A stretch of 64,000 nucleotides of DNA from Glaucostegus cemiculus (taxonomy: Eukaryota), in the NCBI GenBank assembly GCA_976551045.1, contig CDPCPM010000026.1, positions 7,812,001-7,876,000 of the forward strand, in the 5' to 3' direction. The notes beneath the pieces are model-generated. The model did no database searches. It was not told where the DNA came from and was given only the letters and a program-made list of their open reading frames with translations. A program made the position numbers and the translations under genes. Below, piece after piece: positions 38,870-51,342 of this stretch (positions within the stretch are counted from its first letter, which is position 1; every line of letters begins with the position of its first letter).

Positions 38870-39750
38870 TAACTATCTCTGACCATTTTAATGTAACGAG
38901 TCTGACTGGTGTGGCAAATGAACCCAGAGCATTGATTAGCTGATCGGAATATGATATTGCTGCTACCACAGAAACATGGTTGAAAGAAAGGAGGGATTGA
39001 CAACTCGACATACCAGTGTACAGAATCTTCCAGAATGTGGGAGTCTGTAAAATGGGTGGCGGCATTGTGATATTGATTAACGAATCCATTACTGCAGTAA
39101 TAGAGGAGGGTTTCTAGAAGGCTCTTTAAGTAAGGCCATGTGGGTAGAACTAAGAAACATAAAAGGGGCCATCATTTTGTGGGGTTAACCACAGGCCTGT
39201 GGACAGTTAGTGGGGAAATAGATGCAGACATGCACAGAGCGGTGCAAGGATGAGGTGTGTTGATGAGAGCAGCATGGTTGATGTAACCTACAGGCACTTC
39301 ATTACGGCCTTTAACAAGGTCCACATAGGAGACTAATCTCAATGCTTAGAACGCATGGGATCCAAGACAAAGTGGATTGCTAATAGGAGGAAGTTGTTTA
39401 TGTGATTTGGAAGCTTGTGACCAGTGGTGGACACAAGGATCAGTACTGGAATCCTTACTATTTGTTATATACATTAATGATTTGGATGCGAATGTAGGAG
39501 GTATGATTATTAAGTAAGTAGATGGTACGAGAATTAGTGGCATTGTTAATACTGGGGGGAGGGGGGCAGTCTTCGGCTATTGATCAATTGGTCAAATGGA
39601 CAGAATAATGACCAACAGAATCTAATCCTGCTGAGTGTGAGGTGATACATTTTGGGAAGAATAACAATGCTAGGATATACACGATGAATGGTAGAGCTCT
39701 AGGAAGTATTGAAGAAGAGAGGGACCTTTTGGTGAACAAGGCAGATTCTC
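38870..39750 (+). mobile_element. Degenerate, internally deleted CR1 LINE
   Basis: tatgatattgctgctaccacagaaacatggttg (YDI.A.TETWL), aggcctttaacaaggtcc, caaggatcagtactgg..atacattaatgatttggatg. Confidence 0.7.
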
Positions 39751-42031
39751 TAGTGAAGGTGTTGGAGAATTCAGTAAACCCGTGATCCACCATCAGACTC
39801 TGATCCTCCACTTTGGAGTGCAGTAGTGGAGCAGAGCTGTTAAAATTTCTGGTACAGCTTGCCCAGCGATTTTGTATTCACGTGGCCTCACAAAGGTAAG
39901 TGTCAGTAGTTGCAAGATATCTCTCAGCAAGTTCCAACCCATGAGCATTTGGTCTCACAAAACCACTGACAAACAGTGACACTGCAACTGGTAAACAAAT
40001 AAGTTATAATGAATGGTCGAAACAATCAGCTCCTTTCTGCATTTATGTACTATCTCTAACATACAAAAATGACCTTGGGTACTTTGAGGTACTGGAAATA
40101 AAGATGCTGTTATTGGTTTGATTTTACCCACTGAACAATCTAAATATGATTGAGGATGTAACATTATAGATTTTGGGAACAGGCAAGTAAGATATGATGG
40201 CATAGAGGGCATGGACAGTAGTGTTCAGATTGAGCTGAAGCCAATGGAAATTGTTTGTCCTTCTTTAGTCCCTGTTGGTCTCTGTGGAAAAGTAAAGAGA
40301 CCAAAAGGGACTAAAGCATGAGATAAATTTCTACTAGTGTATTTAAGACTCAATTTCTCAGCTGCTGAAGCCTTTTTCATTTGTTATCTCAAGTCTCATC
40401 TCCAATAAACTCCTCATCTCAACTCCGGTTGGCTGTGGTCATTCTATTCCACTTAAGCTCGAGTCTGAACCTCCACTGACCTAGTCCAAATCCTTAAAGA
40501 CTTGCATTCTCAGTCCATCAACAGCATAATTTTTATGTTCGCGTCTTCTTTTTCAAACTCCCATAGTTTACCCTCGTTATCTCGATAATATCATCCAATG
40601 GTACAACCTACTTGTGCTTTTCAAATTGTGGCCTCTTGCCCATCATTGGAGCTGTACCTTCAGCTGCCAAAGCTCCTAGCACTGGAATTTCCTCCCTAAA
40701 GCTCTCTGTCTTTGACAATCTAATATTTGCTTATATTATTCAATATTTTGTTTGATAACATTCATGTGAAAGGCCTTGAGACATATGGTACATTAAAGGA
40801 TGCGTACGATTGCAACTTGTTTGTAACCCAAATGTAAATGGAGGATAACCAAGAAAATATGATCACTTCTAAGTGTGGGACAGCCATAACCTGGGAACCT
40901 GGACTTAGTGTTGTTCTCTTTTCCCATCCTCCACTTTTCAGTACCTTCATCTACTTCTGCTACCCATATCCTCTCCTAAGCATCCAGAGAATCCTTTTGT
41001 TTCAGAAAAAAATTCACTTATGACTCAGCACTCACCTTAACTCTTCAGTTATGTTAAAATTAAACACAACTCTCCTATTATTTGGATTGAAAAAGTTTAT
41101 CATCAACCAGGAAATGTTTTATCTAAATTTGTTCACTGGGTGAATTTTTTTTTAATGAAGTTGATTTCATGGTACAAAAATTCATATATAATTTTGTTGC
41201 AAATTAATTGCCCATCTCTGAAACTGAGCCTGCCATTTCTACTGAATTACCAGCTGAATCACTGCCATGAGACAAACAAAATGTCACTGTTAATGTCTGT
41301 CTGGAGAAACAGTATCACCTACCCCACCATTGGTCACTAAACAAGGTGGACAATTCATTCAATATGTTCACATCTTCAAACAATATTAATATTTGGCCAA
41401 TTTCTAACCTTTTCAGTTTTACTTTACATCGCAGTGAAATTATACTCAGTGATGCCAGAGCGTATTAGAAGAAACTAGATTATAAATGTGGGACTTCCAT
41501 GTCAGAATGTAGGATAGTAGGGTCATAACTATCTGTTATACCCCTTGGTAATTGACTTCTTGTGTAGCTTAATGTAAATGCCAACAATATTAGTCATAGC
41601 TTCTGGGAAAAAGTTCCTATTTTGTAAAACTGACTTAAAGCACAATCCCATGCACATGATATAATCCACTGGTGTCAGCTCGATCTCCAGCAGTGCTTGT
41701 GAGCAATTAATTCTGGAAATTGTTGAAGGTGGGGCTTTATCTACCAAGCCTCAGTGTTTTTCATGTGGTGTATTGAATGCAGTGGCTTGGGGCAGCGACA
41801 TGTTCAACACCAGGAGCAAAATTAAGCGAAGCTTGGCTTGTGCCATCATCAATTGCAGCAATCATGTCAAAACATGGTGACTAACAGAAGGTAAAGAAAG
41901 TGAATGGGTTCATGCAATTAGGCAACAGAATTTTACATTGCTAACATTAGCAGTGAAGTTGCATCATTGGTTTTGTTTCTACAAAGAATTTGTTGGTAAT
42001 AATATTGTAATAATAATAATAATAGACTTAC

Positions 42032-42448
42032 AGACTGTAATGATTTGTTCCGATTCATGAAAAGGATGTCCAATCCTTCCACATTTTTTTTCCTTCCTCT
42101 TCTCTTTTTAACAATTGGCTGGGCATCCAATAGTATCCCATTTGTACAGTGTCTTGTAATCTGCTGAGAAGCACCTGCTAACGTTGACTTAGGATGAGGG
42201 AGCACTGTGGAGATGCTGCCAGGTAAATTGGCATTGAATAACATCGAGGACGACAAGGGAATGGAGCTTCCAGCTCCCAATAATGATTTTGAGATGTCCA
42301 CAGCCAATTCCTGACTGCTGTCAGGAGCAGAATACAAATCATGCAGCTGTGCCATATATTGCCGCTGATCTGAAGTTCCTTCTTCAGTCTCAAGAGCTCT
42401 CTTCTGACTGAGTCTTTGCTTCTGAAAAGTTAACTTCAATCCACTTTC
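42032..42448 (-). CDS. CHD9: CHD9 exon (417 nt)
   Basis: aatag|GAA..TCT|gtaagt; ESGLKLTFQKQ..QPIVKKRRGRKKNVEGLDILFMNRNKSLQS. Confidence 0.95.
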
Positions 42449-44700
42449 CTATTAAAACAAACGGTGATAGTAAAAATGGTTTTTACAGTGAAAGATGTCA
42501 AATTTAGCTTTACCAGCTGAAGCCTCATTGTTTGGTAGCTGGAGACTAAAAATGAATTCTGTTTCAATGAATACAAGCACATAAACGCAATCGTAGAGTG
42601 TATACATTACAACCTTCAAGGATTTAGGCACAAATAAATTTTTAAAATTAGGAATATCTTAAAATGTCCAGTTATAACTAGTGATGATGTAGGTGAAACA
42701 GTAAGATTATTATTAAATTTGTCAACTTTATGCAATTCGTTTATGCTTTGATATTGGTGTCCTTTGTCAAAATCATCTTCCTCATCCAAATGACCATTTG
42801 TTATGTTCATTTTTACACAGTGAGCTCTGTCAAAAATAATTGAATTTATGAACTATTTGTGAAGAATTATGAAATATAGTGGAATTACTGAGGGATCAAG
42901 ACTAAGAGATAATGATAAGTTCTCGAGACATATTCTTAATGTTCCTTTTTTTTCTTTGAGTGACTTTGAAAGATTTTTCTGTTCCACATTATATGCCCCA
43001 ACTGAGAGCAAGTAGAAATGATTCTGCCAATGGGGCTCTATCCTTGACCAGACTGACTTTTCCTCTGACTGGATGAGGAAGTAGTTTTCGTTTGGTTATT
43101 TGGCTGATGCTGGGAAAGTAATATGCAGACAGCCCGTTTTTTGGGCTCGCTATACGATGAATATTCCACAATGGAGCAAATAGCAATTAGCTGGCTCTCC
43201 AACAACTGCAGCACTTGTCCAATGCAATGATGTCATTCATGATTAGGTTTGCTTATCCATCAGCATTATCCTGGAGTCTCCTGAAATAAAGGACTAATCC
43301 CCTCAGTAATCATGGAAAAGAACTACTGGCGATTTTAAGAAATGCAGGTGATGAGAATAAAAGGCAGATTGACACACAGTTGAAAAGTTGTCCATTCAGT
43401 CAACAGAGTCTGTTTTCTTATCAAGGCAGCCCACAGTAAGAATGGACATAATGGATGGCCCAAAGTGAGGGTGGGGCAGTTGGAGGTAACATTGTAAAGT
43501 GTTTACTAAGTCTACAACTGGCAATCCCACTCAAAATCATAGAAACATCCTTCACAGGGGGAGGCCATTCATGCTGGGAAAAACTGGACTGTTTTCGTTA
43601 ATCCCACTTCCCAGTCTTATCCAATGGGTTCTTCAAGCTCATATTCAAAATGATGTAAGGTTAACAAACTGCTTTAAATTATTCCTATCAACAGGTAGAT
43701 GCAAATTCTGGAAGTTGATGAATAAAAAGACGGATATCTTCCTAAATTTGATGAACACAGTCCTTGCGATGAGGTTTTTAAATATGCTGCATTGTAAATG
43801 AGTAAGTCATACCATTTACAATAGACAAAAATCTGGATAGTACTTTACTTTTTTTTAGCTAAAGTTGGTGAAAAATCTAATAGAAAATATATGATGGATT
43901 ATTGTTTAGAAATAAAGCCACCTGATTCATAAGTGAAACTTATTCATGTTTTCCACCATAACCCAGAGTGGTTACTTTGTTGAAAATTTAAGTATGTTTT
44001 AAAGTTGGAGAGCTTTGACTATACCTTGTCAGAAGAGGTCAACTGCTGTGCAGACTTTGGAATATTAAAATAATTAGCAATTGTGACTGTACACTACTTG
44101 TGTTAACAAACAAAGGAGCACCTCCCTTTGCTGGAGAAATCACCAACTTGGCACCTGCTTTGGGTCAGACATCTCAGCATCAACTGGCTACTGTGATACT
44201 GGGTAAAAAGCTGATCATGCTTATTTATTGAGAAAAAGAAAATAAAAGCAGACTTAAAAAGCAGAGATTTTGAAAAAGAAAAAAAAATGTCTTGTTCTGC
44301 ATTTACTACAACACATCATGCTGTGTCATCAACCTTCCATCAAAACCAGATAGTGTATTGTCTTAGATAAGGATCCCTGAATTCAATGCCTATAAACAAC
44401 AAGAAACCACAAATGCAAAGCATTAAGTAAGCACTATTGCTAGAAAAGCCTTCAGAATTGCAGAGGGAAAAAGCAGAAACAAAGGTTTCAATGGTGTGCA
44501 TCACAAACACAGCTCACATCTAAATAAATATACTTTTAAATTAATAATGGTTAAAGCACAAAGGAGTAATGTATATAAAGTGTGCGAAGGAAGTAGTTCA
44601 GAGTGAAAACGCTGCTGGCAGCCAGATGCGGAGTAGCATGCTGCACACTGCAAAGATCTGCAATTAGAATCAGATCTAACAGTAATAAAAATGAACATAC

Positions 44701-44973
44701 GTCATTGATTTTCACTGTAAACTCCTTTTCTCGCACATGCTTCTTCACCTTTGTCAACTGCGACAAAAGAGAATTATCTTCTTTAACACCCTGGCTTCCT
44801 GATGTAACAACAGCAGAATCGCTGAAATCTCCCATGGCAGAAGGGCTATCGAGTAATTTTGTTGTATAAGAAGATGTCACAGCGTTGTAATCATAACTTC
44901 TTCTTGATGGAATCCAATTTCCTTTCAACACTGCATGGCATATGCTGTCAATTCTGTTGATCATTACACGATC
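44701..44973 (-). CDS. CHD9: CHD9 exon (273 nt)
   Basis: tgtag|GAT..GAC|gtatgt; DRVMINRIDSICHAVLKGNW..VKKHVREKEFTVKIND. Confidence 0.95.
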
Positions 44974-45150
44974 CTACATAAAAACAACAAATATCTTTAC
45001 AAGTTTTCACACCTTCATTCCAAAATCAAACAATCCTGTAAAATGTTAATGTCTTAAATCAGAAACTAAGGCACATGCAGTTTATAACAATGCACGCTGA
45101 ATCAACCTGAGTGTCAACCTCAAAATGCGGCTGTTGGTTTCAGTGCATAC

Positions 45151-45311
45151 CTTTGGCCAGCAGGAGGCAGCAAACCTATGCCTTTCTTGCAGGAACTGAA
45201 TATCAGGCTTTCCACTGTCTGGTAGGAAGCTGTCCTGTGTCTCATCATGTGCAATACTGAGAGACGCTACACTATCTTCATCATAGGGCTTCAAGTGCTG
45301 CGGTGCTTTAC
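45151..45311 (-). CDS. CHD9: CHD9 exon (161 nt)
   Basis: ttctcttaag|GT..AAG|gtatgc; KAPQHLKPYDEDSVASLSIAHDETQDSF..SCWPK; phase 1 matches the upstream exon. Confidence 0.9.
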
Positions 45312-46386
45312 CTTAAGAGAAAATACAAGTGATTTTGTGTTAAAATAGAGTCTTGAAATAACCCTAATGCTCTCCAGTGCTGATATCAAGATTAAAAATT
45401 GCAAGTTGGTACTTTGTCAACCTTGCAGAGACTATACAATTCTACTGGATGGGTGATAATATTTATACCCTGATACTAGCTGGACTTCCCTGCTGTCTTT
45501 GATTATTTTCTCCCAGCTAAAAGGAAAACGTCTGTGTTCTGCTCAACTATAAATCAGCAAAGATAGTGATTCAATGCTCCTCCTCCCTGATCTGAGGACA
45601 TTAAATTTACTTCTGCAGCATTACACATTACCTGCACTGTAAAATATTTTGCTCTCCTGTGGTGCAAATGTTTAGATTTTTGTCTTGTATTTTGGCATAA
45701 CAAGAGTAAATGCTGAACAGAAGAAAATCGGCTTTGCAGGTTCAACAACAGTTACACACTGTTAAATGTGAACAATGAACACCTTGAGCAAGAGTTGTGT
45801 AATTTCCTATTCTGGCACAGAACTGTCTTGTTAAGTAAGACTGGTGGTTACCCAGTATTAACATTACATCATTGGTACCTTATATCAGCGAAGGTGACTC
45901 TAGACACATAATAAAACAAAATACTGCATTGGATATATTACTATTTAAAATATAACAATTTTACTGCCAAAATAAAACCATTTAACACTGCATCAGTAAC
46001 AGAAGAATGAATAATTGCTCATGTGTATCAGACCTACTTTCCATGCCTAAATGGTTGTAACAAGATCCTCAGGCATTGACCATGTTATTCTGTGAAACAA
46101 TAATGGTTACAAGAAAAACAGACTATCATGTATATGTTCATATATTTCATATTGTTCATATATCAAAAAGGCTTCAGGAGTTTCAGTTGGCAGGCATGTC
46201 CTATTTAAATTATTCTACTTAACTGTTGCCTATCATATCCAAAGCAAAAATCATATCTGAAAGGCTTAAATTTTGCTTATGATAAAAGCAGCAACTTTGC
46301 ATTCCATTTTAATTGTGACTTTTGTCACTTATGCCAACTGAAGCAAGCACTTGGCTGAAACAGAGGCTTTAACAAGAGGAACTTAC

Positions 46387-47283
46387 TCCCTGCTGCCGTC
46401 TGCTTATCATCGCTGTCACTATCGCTATCATCAGAAGACGANNNNNNNNNNNNNNNNNNNNNNNNNNNNNNNNNNNNNNNNNNNNNNNNNNNNNNNNNNN
46501 NNNNNNNNNNNNNNNNNNNNNNNNNNNNNNNNNNNNNNNNNNNNNNNNNNNNNNNNNNNNNNNNNNNNNNNGAATTGTCCGAGTCGGAGTCTGATTCAGA
46601 GCTTGAATCAGAATGTTGTTGGTTTGTTTTTCGTTTGTTGAGCACTGAGTTTGGTGTAAGGGGCTGAGTCCTTGCTGCGACCATACATCCATCAGGATCA
46701 GGGTCCAATTTAACCCCAGTTTTCTTGTCTAATCTGTTCTGCACCTGCAAGCTACCCGTGAAATGTTCCGATTTGACTTTACTCTTAACTTCAACGTCCA
46801 TTGCGTCTTCATCATCAGACGAATCTGGTTCCTTCTTGACAACAGCAGTCCTTTCACATCTCACAGTTTCAGTCTCGAGCAGACTTTTTCTGTCCTGCAC
46901 CTTGGGCAGTAAATGAAGAGGCGAGGAAGAGGATGGATACTGATGATGTAAGAGTGGCGTTGAACTTCTAGATTGGGCTATTTTGTTCTGGCTACAGTTT
47001 CTTTGGGCTAACATGAAGGAAAGCTCTGAATCACAGAAAATGTGATAATCAGTCTTGCTGACGCCGTGTTTGGCTGCTCCGATGAGTAATTCCTTGTCAT
47101 GTTTTCCACTCTCCCACCATTCAGGCAGGTCTGGGCCCGGCTGGCACAGTTTTATCCGCTCGTCAAGTTGTGGATGGCGAAGGACTTGTTCCCGCACTTT
47201 TCGGAGCAACTCGATCCGATACAGTGTCCTGGAAGCACGCTCCTCTGTGATAGGTTGTATGAAAATAGGTGGATCGAGAAGTT
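46387..47283 (-). CDS. CHD9: CHD9 exon (897 nt including 130 Ns), ending in Ser-rich tract
   Basis: ctgcag|AA..GGG A|gtaagt; [67 protein letters not shown]. Confidence 0.95.
46442..46571. other. 130-nt run of N (gap or masked low-complexity sequence) inside the Ser-rich coding tract
   Basis: Seen directly; the reading frame is preserved across it. Confidence 0.95.
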
Positions 47284-47719
47284 CTGCAGCAAAACAAAAA
47301 TGTGCTTTTAGCAATTTAATCCCTTGGTCTGAGTTGTTGGGTGATTAATTCTAAGCTTCATAATATCCTCTGCAACAATTTTGTATCATATCTGTGAATT
47401 GTACAATTAACTAATTATGATAAACTACACACCAGCCATTATATAATCTGATGCAATTTACTGCATTCCTCTACAATGCTGCTCTGCTCCCAGTGCTGAA
47501 GAGACTGGGGAGGGCTGCCTGCTTGCACTGCCTTCACTTCCCTTTCTCTCACTGTGGAAGTCACAGCAAAGCTGGTTTGGGGAACTGTTAGAGCTCCAAA
47601 GTTCTGATGCAAGGAGAGCCGAGACATCATGCTTAACTCCGAATCAGCCAAGTGCCTAGACAGTGAAATTCTACTCTGTTCAATTTGGACAAAATAAAAG
47701 TAACATTGATTGTTTTGAG

Positions 47720-48405
47720 TTGCTTTTGAGCACCCTGTCTTTTCAATGAGGGGTATGGAAGCAGATCACTCAAGTGCACAGTTCGTTGAAAGTGGCATCA
47801 CAGATAGACAACGTGGTGAATAAGGCATTAAGCTTGCTGGCCTTCATCAGTGAGGGCAATGAGTATAGGAGTTGGGGTATTAAGTACTGCGTATAGTTTT
47901 GGTCACCCTTTTATCGGAGAGATGTAGTTAAACTGGAAAGAGTGCAGAAAAGCTGTAGGAGGATGTTGCAAGGACTAGAGGGTAGAGTTCTGGGGAGAGG
48001 TTGGCCAGGCGAGGTCTTTGTTCCTTGGAATGTAGGAGAATGAAGGGCGGACTTGCAGAAATGTTTAAAATTATGAGAGGCATAGATAAGGTGGATGTTA
48101 AGTCTTTTCCCCTGTGTAGGGGGGTCCAAAACTAGGGGCTGTAGATTTAGGATGAGGGGTCAAGATTTAAAAGGAACCTGAGGGGCAACTTTTTCATGCA
48201 GAGGGTGGTGAGTACATGGAATGAGCTGCCAGAGGAAGTGGTTGAGGCAGGTACAATAGTATCATTTAGGAAGCACGTGGAGGGGTGGTGCTTAGAGGGA
48301 TATGGGCCGAACACAGGAAATTAGGTCTAGCTGGGTGGGCACTGTGGTCTGCATGGACTGGTTGGGCCAAAGGGCCTGTAACCATGCTGTATTGCTCTAC
48401 AACTC
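47720..48405 (+). mobile_element. CR1 LINE 3' end, same subfamily as 29090-30900
   Basis: gagagatgtagttaaactggaaagagtgcagaaaag..; 3'UTR tatgggccgaacacaggaaatt..gggcctgtaaccatgctgtattgctctac. Confidence 0.88.
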
Positions 48406-48409
48406 ACTG

Positions 48410-49204
48410 AACATGCCCCGCTGACCATCAACGGGTCTGTGGTGGAACAAGTCAGCAGCACCAAGTTCCTGGGGGTGCACATCGCTGATGACCTGACCTG
48501 GTCCATTAACACCACAGCCCTCACCAAGAAAGCCCAGAAACGCCTCTACTTCCTGCGGAGACTGAGGAAAGTGAACTCTCATCCTTTGGTTATGAAAACT
48601 TTTTATGGAGGGACCATTGAGAGCATCCTAACACACTGCATCACTATCTGGTTTGGGAGCTGCTCAGCTACTGGACGGAAGTCCCTCCAGAGTATAGTGA
48701 GAGCGGCAGAGAAGATCATAGGTGTCTCTCTACCCTCTATTGCAGATATATATAAGGATCGATGTGTTAGAAAGGCCACAAATATAATGTCGGACCCTTC
48801 TCACCCCTACTATCTTTTCACACTCTTGCCGTCTGGAAGAAGGCTCCAGTGCATCTGGGCAAGGACAACTAGACTGTGCAATAGCTTCTTCCCACAAGCT
48901 ATTAGAACTGTGAACTCCCTCATCCCTCCAACGCTCCTGCCAACACTAAAGGATGCTAGGCGTACAGAAACGCACCAGCACTTTAAATGTCCGCTGCCAG
49001 TACGCTCACTTTAAGATTATTTATTTAAGTTGTGCTATTTAATTTTTGTGGTTCTAATGTTTTTAGTGCCTCTCTGTCTTTGTGTCTCTCAGTGTTTGTT
49101 TCTTTTTTTTTAATGTGACGTGCACCTTGACCTGTGGAGTACGGTATTTCGCTCCTATGCATACTGTATGTGTATATAGTTGTGACAATAAAACTGATTC
49201 TGAT
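48410..49204 (+). mobile_element. 5'-truncated Rex1/Babar LINE with uninterrupted C-terminal ORF (48439-49014)
   Basis: KFLGVHIADDLTWS..KKAQKRLYFLRRLRK..SFFPQAIR; tail acaataaaactgattctga; clearly related to the 19049 copy. Confidence 0.92.
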
Positions 49205-49372
49205 GAACCCCTTTGTTACTAATTGAAACTTGTTTGAATCGTCATTTAGCTTCCAATGTATTCTAAATCCTTTTTAAAAACTAATTTGTAATTTTATTGT
49301 TGAGAATGAATCACAATTCTAAAATGATTTTGCCTTATTATTGCTAATGAAATAATTCATTGTTAGCTGTAC

Positions 49373-49581
49373 CTTCTTTCTCTTTAGGGGGAAGGCGACA
49401 AACTCTTCGACACATGGCAACGAAAGCATAAAGGTACTTCTGCAAACTCTCATCCGTCTTCTTATTCAACCTGGCTATCGCTCGGAATTTGGTCCAGTCA
49501 AATTTTTGCTTGTCTGGATCATAAACAACACCAAAAGTGGACACAACTCTGTAAAAATCAGCCTCTTCTCGCCTTGTCCAC
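49373..49581 (-). CDS. CHD9: CHD9 exon (209 nt), SANT-like region
   Basis: taccag|G..GAA G|gtacag; [62 protein letters not shown]. Confidence 0.96.
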
Positions 49582-50997
49582 CTGGTAGAAAGGAGATGAA
49601 TTAGCTGCAGTTAGAACATGGCCTGAACATGCACCTTAATCATTAATTTTCTTAAATTATTTAATTTTCTTTCTGATAGTGTTTTTATACTAAAATCAAA
49701 AACACGAGTCCATTTGCTTTTAGAAAGGGAACTCAAATTGTAAAATCTACCAGATCTTAAACAAGACGTGGAACATTATATTATCAATTAACTATGTTAT
49801 GCTTGAAAGTGGATATTGAGGGAAATGAATAGTTTAATCTCATGGAACTGATGATGTTCTGGGATTCGGACAAGATCAGCTCCAGGCAGAACCTTCACCA
49901 GTGCTGGAGTGATGATGAATTGACCAGAGGGCTTCTGTTTCCTTGTCTAGTTCCATCAAGCACCAGGCTCAGAAATTCATTTTTGTTCAAGTGCCAGTGA
50001 GTTATATAGATAGTCTTGTGAGCTGTCCATCCCGGTTTATGCATACAGCATTTCATCACCATGACATGGTTCTGTATGTGCACAAGGGTTTCTCCTCAGT
50101 GCAGATGTGGCTTTGAAGGATGAAAGTGCCAGATGAACTGAATTGGCTTCTGTCTGGTAGCCTTCCGATGAGCCTTTGTAATGGGCAACAGCTGGTACCC
50201 AAGCGAATTGTCTTCATTTTGAAGTCCAGGCTTTGATAATGATAACCACTGAATGTTAAACCTCTCAGAGTGGGCCTGAACTTTGGGGGGGGGGGGGGGG
50301 GCGCGGGGGGCGCGGGAGGGGTGGAAACACACAGTACCTCATAGCTTTCATGTGCTTACGTTCATGGGCGAGAATTCAGAGTAGGTGCTAAGAAATGGGC
50401 TACTAGAAGCAAAAATTCTTTACATACGTGGCACCAAACTTAATAGTGGGAGTAGCAGAGAGAAATATCGAGAGAGATTGCTGCAATATTGCAACAGGGC
50501 AAATATTTTTGCTACCTTTATATATTTATGTATATCTTGTAGGTTTCAGAACAATTAGTAAATGACTGTAGAGGCATTTATGTTATCTTTATATTTTGTT
50601 CCATGTGTTGCTGCAGGTGCACTTTTTCAGGCAAATTCATTCATGGCTTTATAGGTTCAGGAGGTTAGTCTCTTCCCTCAGAATACCCAGTCTCTAACCT
50701 AAGCCTGCAAACCATAGTACTTATGTGGTTTATCCAGTTCCCAATAAGTTTCTGAGCATCAGTGAACAGGTAAGTAGTGAGTACTTTGCACTTGATTACA
50801 CTGGCAACATACTTTCCACTACTTCATTAAAAGCTGCGAATAAAACAATGGGGATGGACCAGATTTGTTTAACATTTTCCACCCTCACAAGTAGATGTTA
50901 GCATTGTAGTTGTAGTCAAACAGTTTGTCTGGTGGTGCTGTCTGAATTATGATACAGAAAAACAACATCTTGCTAGCATGATCAATGGTGCACACAC

Positions 50998-51205
50998 CTT
51001 TGCTGCTTCTCAATTTTAGCCGCCTCTTTAGCTTTTACGGTGTCTGCACAAAGTCTTCGTCTCCTGTCCCCTTTTGTTTGGGCTTCCTGTTTAACCTGTT
51101 CTCTCTTGTTACTCCGCTGATACGCAGTTACAAGTCGACGCAGGCGGGTTGTTAAGGCGGATGCTGGTGGCCAATAGAGCAAATCACCTTCTGCCAAAGA
51201 ACCAT
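50998..51205 (-). CDS. CHD9: CHD9 exon (208 nt)
   Basis: tttcag|AT..AG|gtgtgt; [41 protein letters not shown]. Confidence 0.95.
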
Positions 51206-51305
51206 CTGAAAGGTGAGGGGGGAAGAAACATTTTGGCATCAGTAAGGAGCATATGTCTAAATGATCCACAGTTACAACAAAAATATTTTCTAATTTGCAT
51301 CTCAC

Positions 51306-51342
51306 CTGTAATCATTAGATCTCCTGGAGAAGATGCAACATC
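51306..51342 (-). CDS. CHD9: CHD9 micro-exon (37 nt)
   Basis: ttctgttttag|GAT..ACA G|gtgag; [12 protein letters not shown]; needed to keep phase between neighbouring exons. Confidence 0.88.

Noticed and set aside
43220-43290. C/D-box-like atgatg..ctga
   Set aside because: Imperfect C box, no terminal stem, and antisense to the host transcript.
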